Source of the DNA: Eledone cirrhosa
Taxonomy: Eukaryota
Direction: 5' to 3'
Assembly: GCA_964016885.1 (NCBI GenBank)
Contig: OZ024744.1
Span: 49,228,001 to 49,292,000, forward strand
DNA: 64,000 bases
A model generated the notes under the pieces. The model had not been told where the DNA came from and did no database searches. It was given only the letters and a program-made list of their open reading frames with translations. Below, in pieces: positions 13,483 through 26,399 of this stretch (the stretch's first letter is position 1; every line of letters begins with the position of its first letter). Both the position numbers and the translations under genes were made by a program.

Positions 13483-15110
13483 ACATATGCCCAAGAGGAG
13501 GGAGCAGCTATTGATGTTAGCATTGCAGGTGACATAGCTAACCTGTTCATGGTATGGTGGGACAATAAACTTAAAGAACAATTAGAAGACAGCAACCTCT
13601 TAACCCTGATAATGTACCCTCGCTACGTTGATGATATAAACATCGTAGTAAAAACACCCCACTAGAGAAAGTCAGGAATTAGAGAAAAACACCATGGAAA
13701 GCATCCAGCAAATAGCTAACTCCATCCACCAGAGTATTAGAGTTACTACAGACTACCCAAGCAAACACCCCAACCATCGATTACCTGTACTAGACACAGA
13801 GCTCTGGTTAGAAACCATTAATAACAAAAAACAAATCCCCCATTCCCATTATGCCAAACCTATGACTTCCAAATATCTGATCCACCGAAACTCAGCTGTT
13901 TCGGACCATACCAAATTCAACATACTGATTGCGGATTTAGTACGGGTGATGAGAAACGTGTCCCGCATGTGCAACCCCAAAGAACTAGAGATACACATAC
14001 AACACTTCATCCACCGTATGCAGTTCTCTGGTTACAATCAGAGAGATAAAATCAGAGTATATAGAGGAGCCAGAACCAAATGGGAAAAAATGGTAAATAA
14101 TGATACAAATGGGACCTGCCCCTTGTATAGGAGCAAATTTTGGAATAGAATAGAAAGAACTAGGAATAAGGTTAATAGAATAAATTCATGGTATGATAGC
14201 AATAAATATCAGTGTAATGTTCATCAATACAACCCCTAGAGGTGAACTAGCTTACAAATTTAGAAGGGCCCTAGATAAACTTAAACTAAATATTAAGATA
14301 GTAGAAAGACCAGGTACCTCCATAAAAACACTTATTAGTAATACATACCCTTTTCAAAGATCTCCCTGTATAGATAAAAATGCATAATCTGTAAACTAAG
14401 CCCCCATATTAACTGTAAAACTAGAAACATAGTATATAGCATAAGATGTACTGAAGGAAAATGTAAAGATAAGAATATAGTGTACATAGGTGAGACAGCT
14501 CGTAGTATAGGAGAACGATTAAATGAACACTAGCGAGAGCTTCAAGATAGAAAAGAATCATCAATACTCCACCAACATGCTAAAATAGAACATAAAGGTA
14601 AATTAGAGAACATAGAAATAAAAATCTACACACAGAAAAGACGCAATGTTTAGACAAATCACAGAGACAATAAACATAAATGAACTCCAACCAAAATTAA
14701 ATAGAAACATGAATGGAATAGCAACATTACAACTTACAATTAAGGACAAAATGAAAACACACACACACACATAGAACAAACAACCAACCAGTAACATGTA
14801 AATAAACAAATAAAAACACACACAGAAACCCGGATATAACACATGCGAAAACTAAGCACACAACACACACAAAAACAAGATGGCGTAGGACAGAACAAAG
14901 GAGAGGCACAAAACAAAGAAAAGAATCCCCAGTCACTGAAGAGGTTACAGAATGTGTGACGAAAGAACTTTGGCAATATATGAACAACCGCCCGGTTGTG
15001 GAACCAACCAAACGGAAATTTATAATTTAATTCATAATAAATTGGAGTGAAAGCAACTGGTGCGTGTGTTTCTTATTGACAACATGACCCTCCCAAAGTA
15101 TAACAATATA
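13483..15110 (+). mobile_element. Penelope-like element (family A), 5' truncated, disrupted RT + GIY-YIG, pLTR with hammerhead
   Basis: GAAIDVSIAGDIANLFMVWWD, RYVDD, LPVLD (13694..14239), Cys cluster and IVY..YIGETARS..RLNEH; ends ATGACCCTCCCAAAGTATAACAA followed by (TA)n. Confidence 0.85.
14932..14974 (+). ncRNA. Minimal type I hammerhead ribozyme motif (family A)
   Basis: GTCA-CTGAAGA-G-GTTACAG/AAT/GTGTGAC-GAAA-GAAC-TT-TGGC; stem I and stem II imperfect. Confidence 0.7.
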
Positions 15111-15180
15111 TATATATATAGCGGCGATGAATTAGTTTTGCGAGTTTTTTTAATATGAAATCGTGTGTCGAAACAAATAT

Positions 15181-15500
15181 TGTTATACTTGGGGAGGGTC
15201 ATATTTGTGTAATATTGTCAGAATTAATAACAGAACACACTGTTTGGTTGGTTTTCGCTTCTCGCTGTCTTTTATATCGGTAATCTAACTTACTCGGTCC
15301 TCAATGTTGCCATTGACTGACCGACGGTCAAAAATAATACAGATACAATATAGACACAAACACATATATATAGTTTATCATAAATCTTTCGTTGCACATC
15401 TGCAACATCGTCAGTGGTGTTATATTTTCCTCCTGTTGTGTTGTATGTCTACGCCATTTTTTTTATTCAGTCTGTCTATATATTTATTTATTTATTTGTG
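15181..15500 (-). mobile_element. Non-coding PLE pLTR fragment (family B) with hammerhead motif at 15379-15417; other copies at 18380-18692(+), 29620-29952(+), 44725-44900(-), 58587-58666(+), 58776-58810(-)
   Basis: Shared sequence among copies and 3' end ATGACCCTCCCCAAGTATAACAA, nearly identical to the family A terminus. Confidence 0.8.
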
Positions 15501-15760
15501 TGTGTGAGTATATATGTATATACATATATAGATGTATGCATATATATATATGTATATATGACGTGAATGTTGATATATAAAAGTGTGCGTATAGCCATAT
15601 TTATGCGGAAATGTATTCGCTCACGTCTTAAACGCAGGAAGTCATGTTGTTGAATATGCGACATCATTTGGAAAATCCGTTGAGATATGTTAACTTTATT
15701 ATTATTCGTATCTCCAAACTTTTCGGTTCGTATGAGATTTGTATATATATATATATATAT

Positions 15761-16811
15761 ACCAGATAGAATAATGCGTACAGCAAAAAAAAGTAATATT
15801 GTTGGAATATAAACCTTTAAAAATACAGGACAAGAAACTAAAATAAAACTTTAAAAGAATAGGACAAGAAACTAAGATAAAACTTTAAAAGAATAGGACA
15901 AGAAACTAAGATAAAACTTTAAAGAATTGGACAAGAAATAAAAAAATTTACAATAATATTAGTGGCAAAATTTTTATTGGTAAAAAATCGAGCTCCACAT
16001 TCATAGGCTCTGGGTTCCACACTCAGAGGTCGTCGTCAGACCGGGGGGATCATTTTATCCTGGTTTGACCACCAATTGGGCCATAACCATACCCCTATTT
16101 CATCATTCGGGGACACGCCTCATGTGTCATGCATAATGTGAATGGGCCCATGGGCCCATGAGCACAGATCTTGACCAACCCGTCCATCTTCTCCTTGCAT
16201 CTTGTCCTTGAGTTCAAGTCCGACAGTCCAGATGAATGCGTGCCACAGCTTTCTGGTACAGGAAGGGGGAGCAGGAGGACTGGAGGGATGACGGGACAGA
16301 GGGTGGGAGGACCGGTGGTTGAGGGAGGTGCCGTAGTCGGTTGTCAGAGTCGACATCTTGTCCCGGTCGTCTTCTCCATCTTCGTCTGGTGTTGCGGGAC
16401 CAGAATTGCATTCTTGGAGGAGACCTGCAGCTGCATCGGCCAATTCTTCTTGCAATGGTCATTCTGACGGAGCAGAACTGCTCAGCCAACCAACCCCAAC
16501 CAGAACCAACCGCTCAGGGGCAACGCACAATGAGAGAATGACAATTATTATGCACTAATCAAGAAGATACTGGGGCATAGCACAGGAAATGAAAAAAAAA
16601 ATTTGGCCACTAATATTATTGTAAAATTTTTTATTTCTTGTCCAATTCTTTAAAGTTTTATCTTAGTTTCTTGTCCTATTCTTTTAAAGTTTTATCTTAG
16701 TTTCTTGTCCTATTCTTTTAAAGTTTTATTTTAGTTTCTTGTCCTGTATTTTTAAAGGTTTATATTCCAACAATATTACTTTTTTTTGCTGTACGCATTT
16801 TTCTATCTGGT
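15761..16811. mobile_element. Foldback-like TIR element: ~215-bp TIRs containing 34-bp tandem subrepeats, GC-rich 620-bp interior
   Basis: 15761-15975 is a near-perfect reverse complement of 16597-16811; subrepeat AGGACAAGAAACTAAGATAAAACTTTAAAAGAAT in ~3.4 copies per arm. Confidence 0.85.
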
Positions 16812-17084
16812 CTACTATTTTTTAAGGCAATGCAAGCAACAACTATCTAATAATTAAATGATCATAGTGAATTACTGACAAGTGATTGACATTTTAAAGT
16901 TCTTTTGAGTATAATTGCAATCTAGTTGAGGCAACTGGCTTAATGACAAAGCTAGTAAATCATGAATGCATTTGAGATGATTAGTGCATAATAGTGAATT
17001 GGTGAAACTTGTGCATTTCAATGGTGTTACAACAATAGATGTAAGTTATATAGTAGTAATACTTTATCATTTTAACTTTTTAGA

Positions 17085-17444
17085 ATGGACAAAAACCCAT
17101 GCAAAGAAATGACTTTGACTGCAGTGATTCTCTCCAATTTACTTACAAAGCAAAACGTGGTCAAATACCTTATCATCTCTGATAAAATGCCCATTGAATC
17201 ACTGAAAATCGGATGCATGGAATTCCTCATAAAATGCACCTATGAATCGGAAGTCATCACATATATCAATGGATATAGGGAGTTGTTCACACTGGAAGAC
17301 CCTCACTTCATTTGTGACTTCATCAGTTATCTCCACGATTATCTCAGACACCCAATGCCATTGATGAGAGGTGATCCAATGTGTGAGCATGTAACTAATC
17401 TTATAGAAGTTGTTATCGACCACCTGGCTTTTAGTGACATTTGA
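17085..17444 (+). CDS. Orphan 119-aa ORF or exon of unknown function
   Basis: Non-repetitive, protein-like composition; preceded by polypyrimidine+AG at ~17070-17083; bracketed by a ~33-bp direct repeat (16813-16846, 17496-17527); no recognisable domain. Confidence 0.3.
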   Translation: MDKNPCKEMTLTAVILSNLLTKQNVVKYLIISDKMPIESLKIGCMEFLIKCTYESEVITYINGYRELFTLEDPHFICDFISYLHDYLRHPMPLMRGDPMCEHVTNLIEVVIDHLAFSDI

Positions 17445-18013
17445 CTGATTTGACTGATAATGATGTATTTTTAAAAAGTATGTGTACATTCTTGTTACTA
17501 TTTTAAGGCAATGCAAGCAACAACTATTTAATAAAATTTAAATTTAAAAATGACCATTGTGCATTACTAGTATGATAACATTTTATTAAGTCACAAAATT
17601 AGTCAGTCAGCCATAGAACAAGGATCAGGTGGCAAAAACATTGGCAAAAATTTGTGTCAATTTAAGATTTCCAACATTGTTCAAATGAATCATATCTGGT
17701 TTGAAGTCAGATTTGTCAAATTTTGACCAATTTTCAATGTTGTGAAGATTGGGCAAGTTCAATTTTTGAATCATTTCTTTCATGCAGTAATTAAACTTTT
17801 CCAAACGTCGTTATTTCTGGATTACCTCCCCTAGCGTCACGCTTACTACTCAATAACTTGAACACAAGATTTATCAGCAAACTTTGATTATAAACTTTTT
17901 CCCGCTGGACCAAATTTCTAGATTTTTAAGCCAAGAGATGCGTAATGATCTACTGTTCATGCTCATATAAGTTTTATTTTATCTCAGTTAAATAAAGTAG
18001 AGCCGCGCTGTAC

Positions 18014-18377
<364 letters not shown>

Positions 18378-18431
18378 ATAAAAAAAATGGCGTAGACATA
18401 CAACACAACAGGAGGAACAATGAATATAACA

Positions 18432-18470
18432 CCACTGACGATGTTGCAGATGTGCAACGAAAGATTTATG
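18432..18470 (+). ncRNA. Hammerhead ribozyme motif (family B)
   Basis: CA-CTGACGA-T-GTTGCA/GATG/TGCAAC-GAAA-GATT-TA-TG; short stem I. Confidence 0.65.
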
Positions 18471-18687
18471 TAAATTATGTAAACTATATATATATATATA
18501 TGTGTTTGTGTCTATATTGTATCTGTATTATTTTTGACCGCCGGTCAGTCAATGGCAACATTGAGGACCGAGTAAGTTAGATCGCAGATATAATAAAAGA
18601 CAGCGAGAAGCGAAAACCAACCAAACAGTGAGTGTGTTCTGTTATTAATTCTGGCAATATTACGCAAATATGACCCTCCCCAAGTAT

Positions 18688-18784
<97 letters not shown>

Positions 18785-18785
<1 letters not shown>

Positions 18786-20078
18786 CTCTTTTACTCTTTT
18801 ACCTGTTTCAGCCATCCGGCTGAGGCCATGCTGGGGCACCGCCCTTGTTGCTACACATTTTATCTGCAGCCTGTATAGGTTGGCCACTGGTGTAAGAAGG
18901 AGTTTGTTGCTGCTGCCCTTAGGTTTCCCTCGTGTCTTGCTGTGGGCTCATCCGGGATCCTGGATAACAAGGTGTCGAGATGTTTCTTGAAGACATCCAC
19001 CTCCACGTCATGCAAATCTCTCAGATCCCTCGGCAGCTTGTTGAAGAGTTGAGGGCCCTTGAATCCCAGGCTATTGCAATACCTGCTCCTTATTCTAGAT
19101 GTGGAAGACGGGACCTTTGGCACCACACAGTGACGTCCTGTTCGACGGTTGGTCCAGCTCCCAATGCCAAAGTTTGGTGCTAGTCCCTCCAGGATTTTCC
19201 ACATGTAGATCATTGCGTATCTCTCCCGTCTTCGTTCCAAGGAGTAGAGGTTCAGTTCCTTTAGCCTCTCCCAGTAGCTTGTCTCCCTCATCTTGGCAAT
19301 CCTCTTGGTGTAGCTTCGCTGGATTGCCTCAAGCTCCGTGGTTAGTTTGACACTATGGGGTGACCACAACTGGGAGCAGTAGTCCAAGCGGCTTAGGACA
19401 AATGTCCTCCATAGTGTCAACATTGTGTCTCGATCTCTTCTCCGGAAAGTCCTCAAGATCCAGCCAGCGAGTCGTCTGCACATTGTCGCCACTTTCATGA
19501 TGTGTGAAGAAAAAGTTGCATCATCGCTCATGTCTATGCCCAGGTCTCGTATCGATTTTGACACGGGGATATCGGTCCCTCCTGGTCCTGTGTAGTTGTG
19601 TTCCGCTATATTTGTGTTTGCAGGTTTGTATTGTAGGGCTTGGAATTTGCCAGCATTAAACTGCATGTTGTTTTCTTCCGCCCATCTGTATATGGCATCC
19701 AGATCCTGCTGTAAAAGGGCAGCGTCAGCCGGGTTTTTGATTTCCTGTGCTACCTTAGTGTCATCAGCACAGCTAGTGAGGGATGTAGTTGCATGCACCA
19801 CAGAGGGCATGACTGAGAGAGCCACCAAAAACAGTAGTGATCCCAGGACTGTCCCCTGGGGCACCCCACTTGTTATTGGTGTTTCCTTTGAGAGGGCCCC
19901 ATTTGCTGCGACTGCCTGGCTTCTGTTCTTTAGGAAGTCATGCAGCCACTCACCTACTTTTCCAGTTATGCCGAGTCCGTGTAGTTTGTGACATATCATT
20001 CCGTGGTCGACCTTGTCAAAGGCCTTCGCAAAGTCAAGATATATCACGTCCACATGTGAGCTGTCTAGTAGTTGTTTC
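18785..20078 (-). mobile_element. 5'-truncated CR1/Jockey-group LINE; RT reading frame open (ORF 18860..20173, whose N-terminus is microsatellite-derived)
   Basis: YLDFAKAFDKVDH, SGVPQGTVLG, CADD (catalytic YADD altered), RDLG, SRLDYCSQLW, LYSLERRR; 3' tail of TAAAAGAG repeats. Confidence 0.9.
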
Positions 20079-20113
<35 letters not shown>

Positions 20114-20230
20114 AATATAGAGAATTAGTATATCTACCAACATATGTATACAGATGTATACCCATGCTAGCAAATATATATGTTATGTCTTAGCACCTTT
20201 GTGGTTCTATGCAGCGGGGTGCAGAACAAT

Positions 20231-20747
20231 TATATGAAAGACGAAAAATAAGAAAATTTTAAAAATTATAAATTAACTTACTAAAATGTTCACTCCTACT
20301 AATTAGTTTCTGTAAGGGAATAAATATAGTTACGCAATGCAACCATAGAGAAGTCCTTACCAAAATTTACTGCTATGGTTCATGGTAGTAGTTAGGCTCT
20401 TGTCATAATACCACCCCACTCCTCACTGATTAACCTCAGTGTCACGTGATTGATTCTTTAGAATTTGCCACTGACCAAGTAGGCAGTGAATTTTTTCAGT
20501 TCCCTGGAATTTAGTCCCCGCTAGCTTTGTTCCATCCACTGAATTATTATTTTTATATGGATTCCTAGTGTCCGCGCATTTCCTGGGAACTTAGCTGAGA
20601 ATAGACTCCCTGATGACGTAAGGACTTCTCTATGGTTGCATTGCGTAACTATATTTATTCCCTTACAGAAACTAATTAGTAGGAGTGAAAATTTTAGTAA
20701 GTTAATTTTTAATTTTTATTATTATCTTATTTTACGTCTTTCATATA
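20231..20747 (+). mobile_element. Non-coding hammerhead-bearing pLTR/retrozyme-like element with 130-bp inverted copy of its 3' end
   Basis: 20231-20360 is the reverse complement of 20618-20747; another terminal copy at ~32497-32545. Confidence 0.8.
20605..20686 (+). ncRNA. Type I hammerhead ribozyme motif with extended stem II
   Basis: ACTCC-CTGATGA-C-GTAAGG...CCTTAC-A-GAAA-CTAATTAG-TA-GGAGT; all three stems pair; GUA cleavage triplet. Confidence 0.85.
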
Positions 20748-20756
20748 TATATAAAT

Positions 20757-20839
<83 letters not shown>

Positions 20840-20940
20840 CATTTATATATATATAAAATATAAAGATTTACATATACATAAAGTCATAGATATATTTTAT
20901 CTAAATATATATATATATACATTTATATATATATATAAAT

Positions 20941-20991
<51 letters not shown>

Positions 20992-20992
20992 C

Positions 20993-21139
<147 letters not shown>

Positions 21140-21214
21140 CGAGTATATATACATATATAGATGTATGTATATGTGATGTGAATGTTGATATATAAATTTG
21201 TGCGTATAGCCATA

Positions 21215-24200
21215 TTTCCTTTCCACCCGCCCGACCTCCATGACGTTCGCTATACATGCCCGACGCTGTATGCTAACAACTCCCTTGTGAATATATTATC
21301 GAGCAGGCAAGGGGTGGACGGAGGCTCCGTAAGCTGTAGTGTAGGCAACCCGTCCAGGAGAGCTACCACTCCGAATAAATTGGTGCGAGGTAGAGAAGTC
21401 CCCTAAGTCCAGTAAGACAACTTCCCTAGTGCTGGTGGCACGAATAAAAACACCCAGTCCAATCTGTAAAATGGAGGGGTGGATAGGGCCTCTGAGTCCA
21501 GTAAGACAACATCTCCAGTGTAGGTGGCACGAATAAAAGCACCCAGTCAATGCTGTAAAGTGGTGCTGGTGTTAGGAAGGGCATTCAACCAATATATATA
21601 CTACTGCCAAACTCTATGAGCGCAACGAATGAAATTTGCAACAACTGCGTAAACTGCAATAACACTAACCATGTTGTGGCTGCGCACGGTAGTGGGGTGG
21701 CTAGTGAGGCCATGTGTGAGAACCCCACGACCGTCATCAGGCAATCGCACAACAGAAAAACGAACGAGACGTCGCATCTCAGAGTTTCCACACTTAATGT
21801 TGGCACTCTAACAGGTAGATCTGGTCAAATAGTGGAGATGCTGGAGAGAAGGCATGTGGATGTGTGCTGTGTGCAAGAGGTGAGATGGAGAGGCAAACAT
21901 CGTACTTATAAGCGTTTATGGGTGGTTAATGATGATGGGTTAGGTGCGGCGGGCACATTACTGGCTGAGAGATGGATCAATAAGACAATAGAAGTAGTTA
22001 GAGATAGTAATAGAATTATTAAGCTTAGATTAGTTGTAGGCAAGAGACTACTGACAATCATCTCTGCCAAGTTCCCCAGGCTGGCCTAGGTAAAGAAGAG
22101 AAAGACTGCTTTTACGAGCAAGTTTTACAAACAACCTCAGTGACAGAGGACGGAGACATCGTTATGCTAGCAGGAGACTTCAATGGACATGTTGGACAGC
22201 TCCAGGATGGATACACTGGGGTACATGGTGGGCACGGTTACGGCTCAAGAAATGAAGAAGGAGTGAGGCTTCTTGAGTTTTGTGATGCGAATGCACTAAC
22301 CATTTGCAACACTAACTTCCAGAAGCCTACCAACCAACCTACAAATCAGGCGAGCACATAAGCCAGATTGACATCCTGCTAGTTAGACAGTGAGACAGAC
22401 AGATGGTGTCAAATACTAAGGCATACCCCGGAGAAGAATGTATCCCTCAGCATAGGTTAGTCGTTAGGGACATCTCAGTAAGCAAGAGAAAGAATGAGAC
22501 ATACAGGAAGGTGTGGAAAAGAAAGGTCTGGAAGCTAAAAGACCTTTCATTAAAATATAAATTTAGCAAAGCCCTTCAAGATGTGTATGACGAAAAAGAA
22601 GGCGATTTAGAGTTGTATGACATAGATGATAACTGGAATTTCTTGCGTCACAACTTACTGCAGGCTACTGAAGAAACTTGTGGTTGGGGCAGAGGTCCAA
22701 CAAGACAGAGAGTGACCTGGAGGTGGAACAGCACGGTAGATAGGGCCATTAGAGACAAAAGACTGACATGGAAGGCTTGGAAAAATGGTGGGAGTAGAGA
22801 AGGATACACTGCCGCCAAGAGAGAAGCTAGACGTCAGGTATAATTAGCACGCAGGGAGGCTGAGAGTAGGAGGTTTGCTAATGTTCTGCGACGAGAAGAT
22901 CAGAGACTACGGTGTTCCGCATTGAAAGGCAGTGTGTCAGTGCAAATCAGGATGTTGTTGGAGATAAATGTGTCCAAAATGATGCCGGTGTACTTAGTGT
23001 TACGAATGATCAAAAGAAGGAGGCCTGGGAATGTCATTTTGAGAGACTGACGAATGTGGAGAACGGATGCAAGAGGGAAAAATTACCCCCAGTAGACCCG
23101 ACAGAGGGACCAGCTATTGAGATTAACGAATATAGGGTACAAGAGGCAATTAAGGAAATGGACCGTCGGGAATAGTTGCTGAGATGCTGAAGGCATCAGA
23201 AGTTGGGACTAAACTGGTTGCACGCATTATCAATCAAGCTATGTATGGTGGTGTCATATCCAAAGACTGGTGCAGCAGTACTCTCATAAATTGGTACAAA
23301 ATTGCTGAGAGGAGCAATTATATGGGCATAAAGCTGATGGATCAGGTTATGAAAATCGCAGAGACAATATTAGCGCAATTAATTAGAGAATGGGTCAAAT
23401 TAGATGAGATGCAGTTTGGTTTTGTGCCTCGGAAAAGTACAACAGATGCCTTCATCTTAGTGAGACAACTACAAGAGAAGTTCTTAGAGAAGAATAAGCC
23501 ACTATACTTAGCTTTGTTGACCTAGAGAAGGCCTTTGATAGGGTACCCCGATCTGTCATCTGGTGGTCCCTAAGGAAACCAGGTGTAGAGGAATGGCTTG
23601 TGAAGACAGTGCAAGCTATGTACAGGGGTGCTGTCAGTAAAGAAAGTGAGAGTAGGAATGAAGTTTAGTGAGGAATTCCAGATACAAGTAGGTGTACATC
23701 AAGGTTCGGTCCTCAGCCCGCTCTTGTTCATTATAGTCCTCCAAGCCATAACAGAGGAGTTTAAGACTGTCTGTCCATGGGAACTTCTCTATGCTGACGA
23801 TCTGGTTTTTATAGCAGAATCGGTAGTGGAGCTAGATAATAAATTCTGGCTATGGAAACAGCAGTTGGAATCAAGAGGACTGAGGGTCAACATAGCTAAG
23901 ACAAAAGTGTTGATAAGTAGAAAAGAGGACACAACTCTGATTCCATCAGGGAAATGGCCATGTTCAATATGTAGGAAAAGAACTGGCATAAATTCCATAA
24001 AATGTACGCAATGCAGATCTTGGGTACACAAGAGATGTAGTGGGTTAGCAGGCAAACTAACAGGCAGGGAAAACTACGTATGCAGTAGATGTACAGGGAA
24101 AGTTGGCAGTAGTAATCTCAGTGATAGACACATTTTTCCAATGCAGGTGGGTTCTATAGAAGTGGTTGATAGCTTCCGGTACCTAGGTGATCAGATTAGC

Positions 24201-24795
24201 ATGGGAGGCGGGTGTGTGTGTGTGTGTGTAGGGGGGAGGGGGTTACGAGGCCATAGTATCTAGAATAAGGACGGGTTGGAAGAAGTTTAGGGAACTGCTT
24301 CCTCTGTTGACAAATAAGGGTTTCTCCCTGCGTACGAAAGGACGGCTATATGATGCCTGTGTGAGATGCGCGATGCTGCATGGTAGTGAGACACGGGCAA
24401 CAACTGCAGAGGATATGCGACGGCTGGAGAGAAATGAAGCAAGTATGCTCCATTGAATTTGCAATGTCAATGTGCGTGAACGACCAAGCATAGACGAGTT
24501 GAGAAAGAAACTGGGTATAAGGGGGATAAGTTGTGGTGTGCAGGTGAGAAGGCTGAGATGATATGGACATGTGATGCGCATGGAGGATGACCGCTGGGTG
24601 AAGAAGTGCCAAGAAATCCCAGTAGAAGGAAGACGCAGTAGAGGTAGACCACGAAAAACATGGGCGGAGGTGATGAAACTCACGGAAGAGATGACGAGCG
24701 ACTGTCACAAGTGGAGAGATGCTGTGCTGAATAGGACCCGTCCAACCCTTGCAAGCAGGGAAAAACGGACGTAAAATGTTGATGATGATGATGAT
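21215..24795 (+). mobile_element. Near full-length, frameshifted RTE-clade LINE with PHD-like finger inside RT and (GAT)n tail
   Basis: EN: STLNVGTL, CVQEVRW, AGDFNGHVG; RT: QFGF, DLEKAFD, GVHQGSVLSP, LYADD, FRYLG; 5' UTR with ~55-bp direct repeat (21406, 21495); ends ATGTTGATGATGATGAT. Confidence 0.92.
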
Positions 24796-24852
24796 ATATA
24801 TATATGGCAAGTAAGTATGTTTTGAAACAGTGAGCGAGTTTGAAATTAGAAA

Positions 24853-25531
24853 ATATATAGCTTTCACCGTATTTTTGACTAAAGGAATTTTAGCTTGATA
24901 ATGGGGTTTAGAACCCTCAGATAAATGGAAAAAGATGAGTATTGACGTACATCTACGTCAATACTCATCTTTTTCCATTTATCTGAGGGTTCTAAACCCC
25001 GTTATCAAGCTAAAATTCCTTTAGTCAAAAATACGGTGAAAGCTATATATATATATATGTTTATCCCGGGTTCAATCAGGAGTAACCATAATAAGTAAGG
25101 TACTCAATACATAGCAGAGTATAAATATTTAATATAGAAATGGCTTCTACTGGACTAGAACTGTTTCATTCGGGAGAAATCATAAGGAAGCCCTGATGAC
25201 TTCTCCCGAATGAAACAGTTCTAGTCCTGTAGAAGCCATTTCTATATTAAATAAATATATATATATATTAGAAAGTGAGGTTTTTTTTACAAAATGAAAA
25301 ATAACCGAGGTGTCCTACACGAGTGAAAGTATAAGGAAAAAAGATGAAATCGAAAATGCAACTGGAGTCTTTTTTTTTTAAAATATATATATTTATATGC
25401 TTCCTTTACTGGTTTCGCAGTTCTTCTTCTTTTGAAAAGCAGAAGAACTGCGAAACCGGTAAAAGAACCAAATAAATATATATATTTAAAAAAAAAAAGA
25501 CTCCAGTTGCATTTTCGATTTCATCTTTTTT

Positions 25532-25623
<92 letters not shown>

Positions 25624-25735
25624 GTAGGGGATTATTTTGAGTTTTTAACTCGACCTTTTAATTTGATATATATATATTTATTTATATATATCAAATCAAA
25701 AGGTCGAGTTAAAAACTCAAAATAACCCCTACAAT
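24853..25735. repeat. Cluster of four short palindromes (24853-25049, 25125-25253, 25330-25538, 25621-25735)
   Basis: Arm complementarity read directly; the second and third contain hammerhead remnants (CTGATGACTTCTCCCGAATGAAAC; GCGAAACCGGTA). Confidence 0.88.
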
Positions 25736-26399
25736 TAAATAAGCTCAAGGAACAGACTCCGAGCTCTTTATAAATCATAGTAATGCTAGAAAGACACATA
25801 ATAAGATACGTCAGATAATAGGCGATAAAATACCACCCTGGTAAAGGATATATAAACTACAGAACGACATATATAAATTGATTAAAAGAATAAATCAAAG
25901 TGTACAAACCAACCATTATAACTACTATTAACACCGGACATAATAAAAGAATTATGTTTCGCTATAGAATGCGAATAATTCATAATGCAGGAGCTTATCG
26001 GCAGGTGAACCTGCAAATATGAACTTCCCGTCAGAGAATAGATAGCTAACTAATAGACGTGTGATTCAGTCAGCCCATGGTGGCTTGATTAGGTTATGAG
26101 GCCGCTAAAAATAGTTCTTTACCAAGGTGATATTTTATCCCCTTCTCTCAAACATATTTTAGTGTGTCTTTCTCTCATTACTATGATTTATATATTATAT
26201 AAACTTATTGCCTTCTATTTCATTATATATATGCTCTATCTCTCGGAAGACGAAGCTCCGTATCTACATAGCGTCAGTCCTCTCCGTCCACCTATATGGA
26301 GTAGAAACGTGACCCCTCACAAAGACTCTGGCAAAGGGGATCGACGGCTTCGGGAGCAGAGCCCAGAATACCATCGAGAAATTTTCTTGATGGAAACTT

